Origin: Yuukianura sp. NJ FZ-2021
Lineage: Eukaryota
Assembly: GCA_046563655.1 (NCBI GenBank)
Contig: CM102288.1
Coordinates: forward strand, 1-64,000
Direction of reading: 5' to 3'
Length of the DNA: 64,000 nucleotides
The notes below the pieces were generated by a model. It was given only the letters and a program-made list of their open reading frames with translations, had not been told where the DNA came from and made no database searches. This document shows positions 12,901-24,900 of the stretch, one piece after another. Each line of letters starts with the position of its first letter. Position 1 is the stretch's first letter. The translations under genes and the position numbers were made by a program.

Positions 12901-14940
12901 TAGTGTTTTAGGACTTTAGGATTTTGGGAATTTTGTAGTTTAGGATTTTAGTGTTTTAGGACTTTAGGATTCTCGGATTTTGGGAATTTTGTAGCTTAGG
13001 ATTTTAGTGTTTTAGGACTTTAGGATTTTGGGAATTTTGTAGTTTAGGATTTTAGTCTTTTAAGACTTTTTTCGAATTTTGGGAATTTTGCAATTTAGGA
13101 TTTTAGTGTTTTAGGACTTTAGGATTTTGGGAATTTTGTAGTTTAGGATTTTAGTGTTTTAGGACTTTAGGGTTTTCGAATTTTGGGAATTTTGCAATTT
13201 AGGATTTTAGTGTTTTCGGACTTTAGGGTTTTCGGATTTTGGGAATTTTGTAGTTTAGGATTTTAGTGTTTTAGGACTTTAGGGTTTTCGAATTTTGGGA
13301 ATTTTGCAGTTTAGGATTTTAGTGTTTTAGGACTTTCGGATTTTGGGAATTTTGTAGTTTAGGATTTTAGTGTTTTAGGACTTTAGAATTTCGGATTTTA
13401 GGGATTTTGTAGTTTAGGATTTTCGGATTTTGGGAATTTTGTAGTTTAGGATTTTAGTGTTTTAGGATTTTCGGATTTTGGGAATTTTGCAGTTTAGGAT
13501 TTTAGTGTTTTAGGATTTTCGGATTTTGGGAATTTTGCAGTTTAGGATTTTAGTGTTTTAGGATTTTCGGATTTTGGGAATTTTGCAGTTTAGGATTTTA
13601 GTGTTTTAGGACTTTAGAATTTCGGATTTTGGGAATTTTGTAGTTTAGGATTTTAGTGTTTTAGGACTTTAGGATTTTGGGAATTTTGTAGTTTAGGATT
13701 TTAGTGTTTTAGGACTTTAGGGTTTTCGAATTTTGGGAATTTTGCAATTTAGGATTTTAGTGTTTTAGGACTTTAGGATTTTGGGAATTTTGTAGTTTAG
13801 GATTTTAGTGTTTTAGGACTTTAGGGTTTTCGAATTTTGGGAATTTTGCAATTTAGGATTTTAGTGTTTTAGGACTTTAGGGTTTTCGGATTTTGGGAAT
13901 TTTGTAGTTTAGGATTTTAGTGTTTTAGGCCTTCAGGGTTTTCGGATTTTGGGAATTTTGTAGTTTAGGATTTTAGTGTTTTAGGACTTTAGGTTTTTCG
14001 GATTTTGGGAATTTTGTAGTTTAGGATTTTAGTGTTTTAGGACTTTAGGATTTTGGGAATTTTGTAGTTTAGGATTTTAGTGTTTTAGGACTTTAGGATT
14101 TTCGGATTTTAGGGATTTTGCAAGTTAGGATTTTAGTGTTTCAGGACTTTAGGGTTTTCGGATTTTGGGAATTTTGTAGTTTAGGATTTTAGTGTTTTAG
14201 GACTTTAGGATTTTCGGATTTTAGGGATTTTGCAATTTAGGATTTTAGTGTTTTAGGACTTTAGGGTTTTCGGATTTTGGGAATTTTGTAGTGTAGGATT
14301 TTAGTGTTTTAGGACTTTAGGATTCTCGGATTTTGGGAATTTTGCAGTTTAGGATTTTAGTGTTTTAGGACTTTAGGATTTTCGGATTTTGGGAATTTTG
14401 CAGTTTAGGATTTTAGTGTTTTAGGACTTTAGGATTTTCGGATTTTGGGAATTTTGCAGTTTAGGATTTTAGTGTTTTAGGACTTTAGGATTCTCGGATT
14501 TTGGGAATTTTGTAGCTTAGGATTTTAGTGTTTTAGGACTTTAGGATTTTGGGAATTTTGTAGTTTAGGATTTTAGTGTTTTAGGACTTTAGGGTTTTCG
14601 AATTTTGGGAATTTTGCAATTTAGGATTTTAGTGTTTTAGGACTTTAGGGTTTTCGAATTTTGGGAATTTTGCAATTTAGGATTTTAGTGTTTTAGGACT
14701 TTAGGGTTTTCGGATTTTGGGAATTTTGTAGTTTAGGATTTTAGTGTTTTAGTGTTTTAGGACTTTCGGATTTTGGGAATTTTGCAGTTTAGGATTTTAG
14801 TGTTTTAGGACTTTAGGGTTTTCGGATTTTGGGAATTTTGTAGTGTAGGATTTTAGTGTTTTAGGACTTTAGGATTTTCGGATTTTAGGACTTTGGGATT
14901 TTATGACTTTGATTTGGGACTTCATGATTTTGGTAATTTG
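6931..14940 (+). repeat. Telomere-like complex satellite, left array: 48/56-bp units built from ~8-bp TTTTAGGA-like subunits
   Basis: Unit ttttgggaa-ttttgtag-tttagga-ttttagtg-ttttagga-ctttagga-[ttttcgga]. The + strand is G/T-rich and almost C-free, with many TTAGG. The sequence is noisy near the gap. Confidence 0.97.
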
Positions 14941-15626
14941 GTAGAAGCGTTTCGGCGTTGTAGAACTAGCATTTTTAATTTTTCAAATTTTGTTATACCG
15001 GGTTTAAACATTCTGTTACAATGACATGAACATGCGTCAACATTTGCGTTCATAATATGCCGTGTAATGTGGTTGCACTTGAACACGTAAAAAACAAAGA
15101 GGTCGAAAAACTTAACCTAACAGTATCATTAGAAAGGTTAATATCCCGTGTATGTCTGTTGATGTTTGTCTTTTCGACCTTTCGAATTGTGATCAATTTA
15201 CATCATACTGTAAATTTCAGTATAAACCAAAAATTCAAAAAAGAAAAAAACAACAGAAACAACAACGGCATTGGAGTATAAATATACAGTGAGGAGCACG
15301 AAAACGGGCACGAAAACTTGCACACCTCAAAAATGTTTTTGTTTATTTCGATAAATTGTGAGGGGAACTGGTTTCACAAGGAATCCCAAACTTAAAGTTT
15401 TGCATCAAATTCGACGTGTTGAAGAAAAAAGTTACGTTTTCCCATCAACACTTTTAGTTGTCACCATAAAAACTAATTGGGTGCGCAGTTCTCCCGGCAC
15501 ATTTGGACTTTCTTTTAAAAAAAAATTAGTGCGTGAGTGGGAAATATAGGGTGTAATATTTATTAAATGAGATAAATGTTTGACTGAATTCCTTGCACCT
15601 ACACAACTATGATATCATAGCACATT

Positions 15627-18050
15627 TTACTTTTCGGAAGCTTTCGTCGACTTTTTCTTTTTTTGGGTTTTAGCCGTTTCCTTACTCACGCTGCTTGATT
15701 TTTTTCTTTTCTCGTTACCTTTTTTTTTCTCGTCTGGTGCACTAGGACACGGCATCGGCACATTTGATGTGAGTTTTGAAGACACGACAGCTTTCCCTTT
15801 TGCTGGCACCTCCGATCCAGTCTTTGGCATACGTGAACCTTTTGGGTTATCCCTTTGTTGCAGTGGTACGGAACACTTGAGGCCTATGCTGCCCAGTCTG
15901 TCTATAAACTTGACGAAACTATAGCTCGAATAGATGCTACTGTAAAAAAAACACTTGTTATTGCAACGTTTAAAAGAATTCAAAAATCTATCAATGGTCT
16001 TACAACATCAGTAGTCTTATAAAATTGGCTTCATCGCCAGATCGGATGACGTTTGGTTTAATGATATTCAGCAAAATGTCTTCCTCATTGGCAACACTAG
16101 GACTTCTAAAATATAAAAAATCAGTTGGTGTAACAATATATTTAACATTACACATGTACTTGTACATTACCCAATGAAGTTGTAGATGATTTGTACCACT
16201 CTGAAATTATTAAACTCACAGTAAAATCACCTTATTACTTATAATACTTTTACTATTATACAATTTTACTATAATAGGTACTTAATACTTACATAGTTAG
16301 AAATCAATCAAATCACAAATTTAAAAGCAATACCTATGAATGTTTCCAGCAATTAGTTGCATCTCCCGCATATCAGATGACTTGTGCGCCTTCACGGAGT
16401 TGTACATGTTGCAGTAAGCCTCAGCTTGGTCAGTAGTGAAAACAATGTCATCTATTTGGAACATATTAATACTTTAAACAGCAACGTCAACAACAAAAGC
16501 AAAAATGTGGTTGAGTTACCAATTTCTTTGCGGTCATTGATTACGGCTTGCGGTTGGTTGCTTGGTAAGACGTCATTTTCATCCGACCTAAAACGTAAAA
16601 AAAAGTGAAATGTGTTCATATTCATACAAAAGGGACAAGTTTTGTGCTTCAAAAGCATACGTTTTGTGTTAATTTAAGTAAGATGTTGCTCACATTTCTA
16701 TGGAAGATGTAAGTCCTTCTTTTGTTTGCAATTCGGTAAGGACTCCAAACCCTTCACTGGCATATGGCATTTCCTTGTTACCCTTTCCTGCTGGTTCTTC
16801 ACATTTTTTGGCCTCATTAGGCGAAGTATACTCATTAGAAGAAGTATTATCCACACTTTCCTCTGCTACATTCAGGCATTGAATTTCTTCAGGTTTCTTT
16901 GCTTGCAGCATCAAGATGGCTGGCTGTACTGTAGCAATACCTTAAAAAAATTTGCGCAACGGTATTATTAAGAAAGCAGCAATTTATCAGTTTATTAAAG
17001 TCTTACCTTCTTGATCTTTGGATGGACAATAAACTTTTCCAGATTCCTTGGCTGAATTACTTTGTGCCGCCTCTTCTTCAGGGTATGAGATTACTGGATC
17101 ATTTCCAATTAGTTTTGCACCCATGGTTAAAAATGGCCTACCATGTGCTCCAACGATGGACGAATATCTGTCTTTACAGTCGATTGCTGTTCGGCTCCCA
17201 TTCTAAAAATAAAAACGCAAAAAGAAGAATTCCAGAAATTCAAATGGATAAATCATAAATTAGAGGCAAGTAATACCTACCGTGACTAATGAAAATTTCT
17301 GCCAGAAGTCAAATGTCATGGGATCAGCTTCAGGCCTTTTCTCAGCAAAGGTAATAAGCTGACCAATTTCAGATGGCAACCAATTCATGGCGGTTTTGAC
17401 CCTTGGATTGTTATACTCCGATGAAACTAAACTCAAAAAGAATACCCTTGAACAATAGTAAACGCAAAATTTAAATTTCTAACTAGCTTTGTAGCGCGAC
17501 CACTCAATCCAACCGCCAAAACGCAACTGACATTGGACAGCCAAAAACCCCTGGTTATACTGAATGTAGATTTTGGCAATCATGCTTAATTCATTTGATT
17601 CAGCTTTATACTGAATTCAGCTTAATTCAACTTTCGTACAACTTTATGGAATGTTATACATTTTTCAACTTTATATAGTTTTACCCGCTTGGTCAGTACG
17701 ATGCAATTGGCTAGGTAAGTTAAATATTCGTTCTTTGTCACCATCCCAGTAGTTCCATGAAGAAGTGCTTGAACGCCAAGTTGCTTGAGACACTACCACA
17801 CAACTGTATCTATCGCGGCAGCTTCTAGCAGTATGGCGTCCGTGCTAAAAAAAAATTACAATTCAGTATACAAACAGTATAACATAGCGTAATATGTTAA
17901 TGAACTTACCACAACCGCAGAAAATTTATCCCAAAACTCGATACACATAGGGTCACCTCGAGTTGTATTCTTTGCAAATTCAATAAGTTGACCAACTTCC
18001 CCTGGAAGCCAATGCTTTCGTCGAAAACAATTTGTTACACTTTTCTCCAT
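15627..18050 (-). CDS. Island gene A: ~10-exon protein with two Myb/SANT repeats, conserved unknown domain X and a basic K-rich tail
   Basis: Manual GT-AG splicing keeps frame. Myb1 WLPGEVGQLIEFAKNTTRGDPMCIEFWDKFSAVV|HGRHTARSCRDRY (intron 17909-17845); Myb2 WLPSEIGQLITFAEKRPEADPMTFDFWQKFSLVT|NGSRTAIDCKDRY (intron 17280-17203). Further exons run to the stop at 15627. One internal exon (~17605-17485) is uncertain. Confidence 0.75.
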
Positions 18051-18217
18051 ATTGTAATAAAATCTTTTTTAAGTAAATACAAAATTGAGCTGAAGTTTAA
18101 TTAATTGAACTACTCTCTGTCACAACCAAAAGACAACTAAAAATAACTAATAGTATATACAAAGCTGTGTAATTAAAACTTATGCAGAGAAGCCTATGGT
18201 TGATAAAAAAAAGTGGT

Positions 18218-20523
18218 TCAAAACACAGGAAATGGTTCCTGAAATAATATACTGTATTCGTCGGATTGATTCCTCGTCGCGTCATCAATTTCTTGAAATA
18301 ACTGCGCAATTAAGTGTTGTAACTTAATGGACGATCTCTGACTGGTGGTTAACTTTTCTACTGACCGCTGCAGTATAACTTCTACTTTTGCAGCTAAAAC
18401 TGATTCGTCAAACAGTCCATCCAGGTCCTCCACAAAACTGCTAATAACCTTAACCCAAATAGGAACTGCTCGCTCAACACTGATTAACGTAAGACAACTA
18501 TATGGTAAGACTACAATACAATTCTTCCCAAGTTCGCCGTAGTTGAAGCACACAAAGTCAAGCCATTTGAATCCGCAATACTCCAACTCAAGAGCTAGTG
18601 AATGGTCCCATGCATCAGCTAAACTGAAAGCTTGCGTCACATTCTTACTTTCTTGGAGTATCCAAACGATGGAGCTTGTACTTTGCAAAAGAAGTTTAGC
18701 AGCTTCATACCCACTTCCAATTGTTATGTTTTGACATTGACGTGTAGATCGATGTGTCAATGAGACATTTGTAGTTGGCATGTCTTTTCCGATCAAATGG
18801 TAAATGGTGCTAGCCAAAATAAAATCGGCAACTGCTTTTGCGGCGGAATGCAGTTTTCCACGTTGTTTTAAGTCACTAAATAAGTCTCCAAATGTATAAG
18901 GGCTTTTCTGGTTCAATTTCATATTTTTCAAATAAACTGGAAAAAATTCGCTAGGTCCAGTGAAACATATTCTTCTGTTCTCTTCCTTCAAGACATGTGA
19001 ACTTGCCCGAAAAATATATTCCGATCGACTATATGATTCTCTAAAAAAAGGCGGCAAAACTTGCAATATACGAAGTAAGGAATTCTCGTGTGTTGGAAAT
19101 CCTTGTTGTGGCTTAAATCTTGCGGTTCCTCTGAGCATGAAACAAATAATTGCCTCGCACGCCAACAGCGTTTTGTACTTTTCAATGGATAAAGTAAATG
19201 TTGTGTTTGTTTCAATCGCTTTCTTTGCCGTTTCGAGTTCTTCATAAATTGTATCTAAGCAACAGCCAACAGTTTGATCCATCAACACGTGAATTCGCAA
19301 TGAGGAGAATTGCTGGACCAACTTAATTGGATTGATGTATTCAACAATGGAATCACATAGGCGTCGAACATCTTCCAATGTTTCATGTACTGTATCACGA
19401 ATAGGAGCGTTGACAATTAACTCACATCTTGCATATTGTTCTTCCGTTGTAATATTCTCAATTAAACCCCGCACACAGTGTACGTCTTCCATGCAAGAAG
19501 TCAATGTTGACTGAAGTCTGTTTTCTGCATTGTCGAAAACGGAAAGTTCCAAAAGTCGTTTGGAAATAATTGGTTCAGTAAATGGTACGTTGGTTTGACT
19601 GCTAATGTATTTTGCAAGTGATGAGTAAAATTTGATCTTCCTGAGATGTGTGCTTCCACAAATTGGGATTGGAGTGTCTTTTTTTGATTCGAACGTGAAA
19701 TTGCCAAAACCGGGGATTCCACATACATAGTACTCGTAAAAATACAAGTTCTTCGTCTGGATTGTTTCAAGTATTGAATTTCTGTTCCACAGAAGTGTTT
19801 TGCCGTTTTCAGCACGTATATCATATGCTACGTGGATAATAATTTCGCAAACGTCTTCTGTCGATGAAATAAATGATAGAAGGGACATCATCCGTTCAAT
19901 AGGCGCACTCTGTCCGAATCTACACAAGACAAAAATGGGTTCATGTATGGATAATCGCTTGTCGAGATACTGGTGAAATACATCGCCAAACACTTTAATG
20001 TCTTCGAGGAATATGATAAATGGGTTGGCTGTGAAAACGTCTTTACACCGGAGTTGATTATAACGGATGAAGGTATTTGAATTTCTCATCTAAAATTAAA
20101 ATAAATTGTCATATTTAAATGTTGACTTAGTTCGATCAAGGATATTTTAAACACTACTACAAATTGCTCTATTAAAAAATAATCAAACGCTACATAGCCA
20201 TGACGACAAGTACTACTTACAGTTGGATCATTTATCGCCTCGTAAATCGCCGTGTAAGTTTCGCTCAATGTATAACGGAAGGTAAGCCGTCTGTCACTTC
20301 GGAGAACCAGATTTAACTCCAGCCCTGAATACTCAGCCAACCTAATTCTTGTCAGTACAGGACTCGAAGCAATTAAAGATCCCTTAACCCAAGATGAAGG
20401 AGGATTATCGCACTCGAGTCGATGATGTAATTTCATGCCATTAAGTGAAAGTAGTGGTAGACACTTCCATGAGTTTGTAGTAATGACAATTCCGTCGAAG
20501 TTGACATCTGTAATTAGTGACAA
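18218..20523 (-). CDS. Island gene B: ~750-aa uncharacterised protein, possibly a Rep_trans/MOBT-like tyrosine nickase
   Basis: A 623-aa open frame (18218-20089) plus a 145-aa upstream ORF, joined either by a short phase-0 intron or by an ATGA overlap. Motifs DVNFDG, RFGQ, IHVAYD, LLW, GFGNF, KFYSSLAK, ARCELIV. The 5' end is unresolved and the function is inferred. Confidence 0.7.
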
Positions 20524-21131
20524 ATTGTTAGGGTTAGGAAAATTTGAATGTAAAATGTTCTGATTAAATGTTCTGAATCAAAACTCCTGACCACTCTGGT
20601 TAGCTTGTGAAATGCAAAATACAAAAATAACCCCAAAGCAAATTAAATATAATACCCATGTTTGTATGTTGATGTCGAGTTACTTGGAATCTATTATGAA
20701 TGATACGGATAGGTTAGACCAGTATTTTGAAATCCTGTAGCTGTAAAACAGAAGGAGTTTAGAGATAACAGCTAAGGAATTCTAAGGATTGTACTTTATT
20801 TACTAAACTTACCATTACACAGCTTCAGAAACGCTACAGAATAGACAGTGCTTCCGCTCTGATATTAAGCTGAGTTGAAACTGATAAATTATCAGTAATA
20901 AATAATTATTGTACTAAAAAACGTAGCCTTCATATGAACGAACAAGTTCAAATTGGTTTAATGACAAAGGATGTTGTTTTTTGGCACAGCGAAGACTCAA
21001 ATAGTACTCACATCCGGAAGATACTGCACCAGTTCACATTAAATGCACCTGATTTTTTCAACTTTTCAAGTGTGCAGTAAAAGAAAAATGGCGAAACAAA
21101 GAAGAAATCCAATATCATGAGCACTTTCATT

Positions 21132-21537
21132 AGACACTTAGGCGAGCTGTTGTTAGCTTTAGGATTTAGCTTTATGATTTAAGAAATTAACGCTAAGTTA
21201 TAAACTTTAACGACGATAGTTAGGCTAATCAAGTTTTAATTTTCAATAGCATTAAGTTTTAGTGAGGTCACGTGTTAAAGTGGGTGGTGAGAGAGCGGGT
21301 GGAAGTCCTATGTCCACAGCAAGAATTTCAAACTCTGGGGGAGCGCGCCAATCGGATGTTTCAAAAAGTAGGAGTGGCTTCAAAACTAAAGCTGCCTTAT
21401 CTCTGTCTTTAATTTTTGAAATTTTAACGACAGATTTAGCTTTATGTCTTTAGATTTAAGAAAAGGGGAGGAGTCGAGTTAAAATTTAAAAAACTATTCA
21501 CTAAAGCTAACGCTAACGACAGCTCGCCTAAGTGTCT
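21132..21537. mobile_element. MITE with terminal inverted repeats, possibly PIF/Harbinger-type
   Basis: TIR agacacttaggcgagctgt / acagctcgcctaagtgtct, flanked by a 3-bp direct repeat ATT (21129-21131, 21538-21540). A TA target-site reading is also possible. Confidence 0.8.
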
Positions 21538-21921
21538 ATTAACTCAAGTTAAACAATTTTAAAATTAGTGCAAGTGTATTACACAACCTGACACAATAGA
21601 GGGAACAGACACAAGATGCTTCTGGGTCAAAAGTTAAACAGAGACTCGCGGTGAAGCACAAGACTCCGCATCCAAATCCATGAGAAGCTTGGACTTGGCG
21701 TCACACTCTTTTTTGTGATTAAACAACATGCCTCTTGATGTCTTAGAAAAGCAACACTTGACAGTGTAAAAACAAGTAAATAAAAAACAATATGACATGT
21801 TACTTAAGGTTGTTTAACTTTTGAAATAATTTTGATTTTATTAATGATTTTGAGTATGCATATTGCATATGGGGTAATTTTGAAATAAAACGCTCAAATA
21901 CTTATAGTATAGGTTACAATT

Positions 21922-24900
21922 TTATGCTTGGTTCTGTAAGTCAAACTCTACAAAAATCTTGACATTTTTCTTCGTAGAAGTTCCAACAAATGCAAGCAGT
22001 AGCCGTTCTACATTACCACAATCCGATTCTTCAAACTCAATGTAAGCGTTGGTGGCCTCATTTTGTTTTAAACTAAACATATTATTAGAACAGAAGGACG
22101 GTTTCAGTTTTAAGAAGCCGTAACATTCCTCTTCCCGCATTGGATTATCAACAAGGCAAACATCCATTTTTTCATTAAAATGATTTTCAAAAACTAAAAG
22201 TATTTTGTTCTTGCGGGTGGGATTTGGGATTAAAAGCAAAATTTCAGCTTCAGTTGCACCACATTTGAGGTAAACCACCGACGTAAGGTAATCCTTATAC
22301 AACTGGAATTCCAATAGGAGTATATCCGGCATGTTGCTGATCAGTACCGCTTTCTTGGTTTGAATATGATGCTCAATTTCTTGAATTTTCTGAAAAAAGA
22401 AATTACGGTAAAAAATTTATGTTACTTATGCCCAGTTCGTCCATTGCAGGTTAAATTTTAACGGAATTTAAATATTTAACCGGAGATTAAAAAATTTAAC
22501 TGGAGAAAATCGGCCGGTTAAATTTAACCGGACTTTAACCGGCGGAGGAATACAAGAATTTTGATACCTTGTATGCCAAGATTAATTGACGCATAATTAA
22601 GTTAATTGAGTTTAAAGGTGGAACTAGTTTGCACTAAACTCCGTTTAACTTTAACTTGCAATGGTCGAACTGGCCATTAAAGTTTAACTTAGTTGTTGTA
22701 CTTACAAGTTTGAGCAAAACAACTTCGGATAACGCCCAAGCCGGATTAAAAAAAACAATTTTTCTCGACTTCGTTTCTTTGTTGCAAATGCGATTTCCGA
22801 CAACCACATCGCCTACAGAGATTAAGGACCTCAAAGTAGCCCCAAAATCTACCACAATTTGTCGCAATAGTTGAGCTGTCCTTGTGATTTCATAAACAGA
22901 GACGAACGTTTCTGATTCCGACAAAATTGAGTTAACGCTGATCTAGCAACAACAAATTTAGAACAAAATGTACAAGATACCTAATACAGTACCAATACAT
23001 TGTAGTGTAATTATAAACACTATTATCAACTCACAAATACCAACTCAGTAACATCTACAACTTTTCCAGTCAACGTGGATAAAATTCCTGACGCCATGTC
23101 CAGCACGGTAGAAATTTTTTGTACTGCGCTGCCGTTTCGGTGTATGCCATATGCTCGCATCAAATCACAAACGCAGATCCGTCCAATATAATCCTGGAAG
23201 AAATGTGTCAAGGTAGACATAAAAGTTAAAATATTGAGTTTCGCCGTAAAAGTAAAATGTTTTGCAAATTACCATTGTTGACACGCAGTTAGCTGGTAAT
23301 TCTTCATCTAGAACCTCTGACTGTGCGTCAATCAAAGAATTAGTCGACGACTTTGTACTTTCCGACACAGTTGGAGCACATGTTGATTCCAGTTCCACTG
23401 CCGGCTTATTAGACAACTGTGTAGTTTCTGGTACACCGGCATCATGTGAGGTTTCGAATTCCACCGGCGGGTTAGTAGACAACTGTGTAGTTTGTGGTAC
23501 ACCGGCATCATGTGCGGTTACAAATTCCACCGGCGGGTTAGTAGACAACTGTGTAGTTTGTGGTACACCGGCATCATGTGCGGTTACAAATTCCACCGGC
23601 GGGTTCGTAGGCGACTGTGTAGTTTCTGGTACACTTTCGTCATGTGCGGTTTCAACTTCCAAACTGTTGGATTCATTTCTAGATGACGGTTGTTCGTTAA
23701 TTGAATTAGATTGCAAAACTGATTGCGACGTTGGACCAATTGACACTGATGATGCGTTTGTTGATGATCCTTGTAAAAGTTGAGTTTGTTGGATAGAGCC
23801 TAGCTTGAAGCCAATGCTGGCAAACTTTTCCACAAATCGAACGTTGTTGCAGCTGGCGTAAATGTTGCTGAAAAACAATACAACTTAGAGATTATACATT
23901 ATACAAAAAAATATGTACAAAAACACCTTACAACATTAGTAGCTTCATCAAATTGGCCCTGTCTCCAGTTGAAGTTCCTGGTATTAAAATTGCTTCCAAC
24001 TTTTTTTCTGGAGCACAATCGTCGTTGAATCTATAATTGCAAAGACAATTACAGCTGAATGTCTCACAACTAATATCATCAGCAGATATAGGTTAGATTA
24101 CCCGAGCATAGTGTAGACAATGTGTACGACTCTATAACAAAAAAGTATTTCCATCGTATTGAATTTTGTTACGAACGAAACCTATAGATTATAATCATAA
24201 AATGTACAACATACTTGTCAATATGGGTTGCTATTAAACGGATGTCGTTGAGATTAGAATCCTTATGCGATATCACCCTCCTGTACATATCCACGTATTT
24301 ATTGCAAGTTGCCAAATTGCATTTGAAAGATGCAGCTTGATCTGAAATTTGAGTTAATAGAAAATAAAATTACGTTTAAAAGAAAATGTCACAAATTGAA
24401 CACAATAGTAAACTGGCGTACCAGATGGGCTTTCAGAATCTGCATTGTTATGCAATGACAAAGAATTTTGAATACTTTGTCCTTCAGATGGAGTTGCAAT
24501 TTTTATTCCAGATGTAGGAATTTGAGACACTGTGTTGTCAGTCAATGCCACAGAGGGTTGAACAGTTGGAGGTTCAGATGTGTGCCCAATGTGCACGATA
24601 TCCTCAGAGATGCGTACTCTTTTCCGTTTTTTTTGTACTAGGTTCGTGGTAGTTCTGGTCATATTCGGTGAACTGTTTGTACGCGCTGTTATCTCTGCTA
24701 AGGCATCCTCGTCTGGAATAAGTTGGATGTAAAAATCTTTTAGACAGTCGTATATTTTAAGATTATTATTATATTACTATTCGAATAATATTACCATCGT
24801 CACTGTCAAAATATTGCTTTTTTGAATTTTCAATGGAGCTGAAAGAGCCTACTATTGAGCCAGGTGTACTTTCATTAATAGCAGAATGTGGAGTTGCTGA

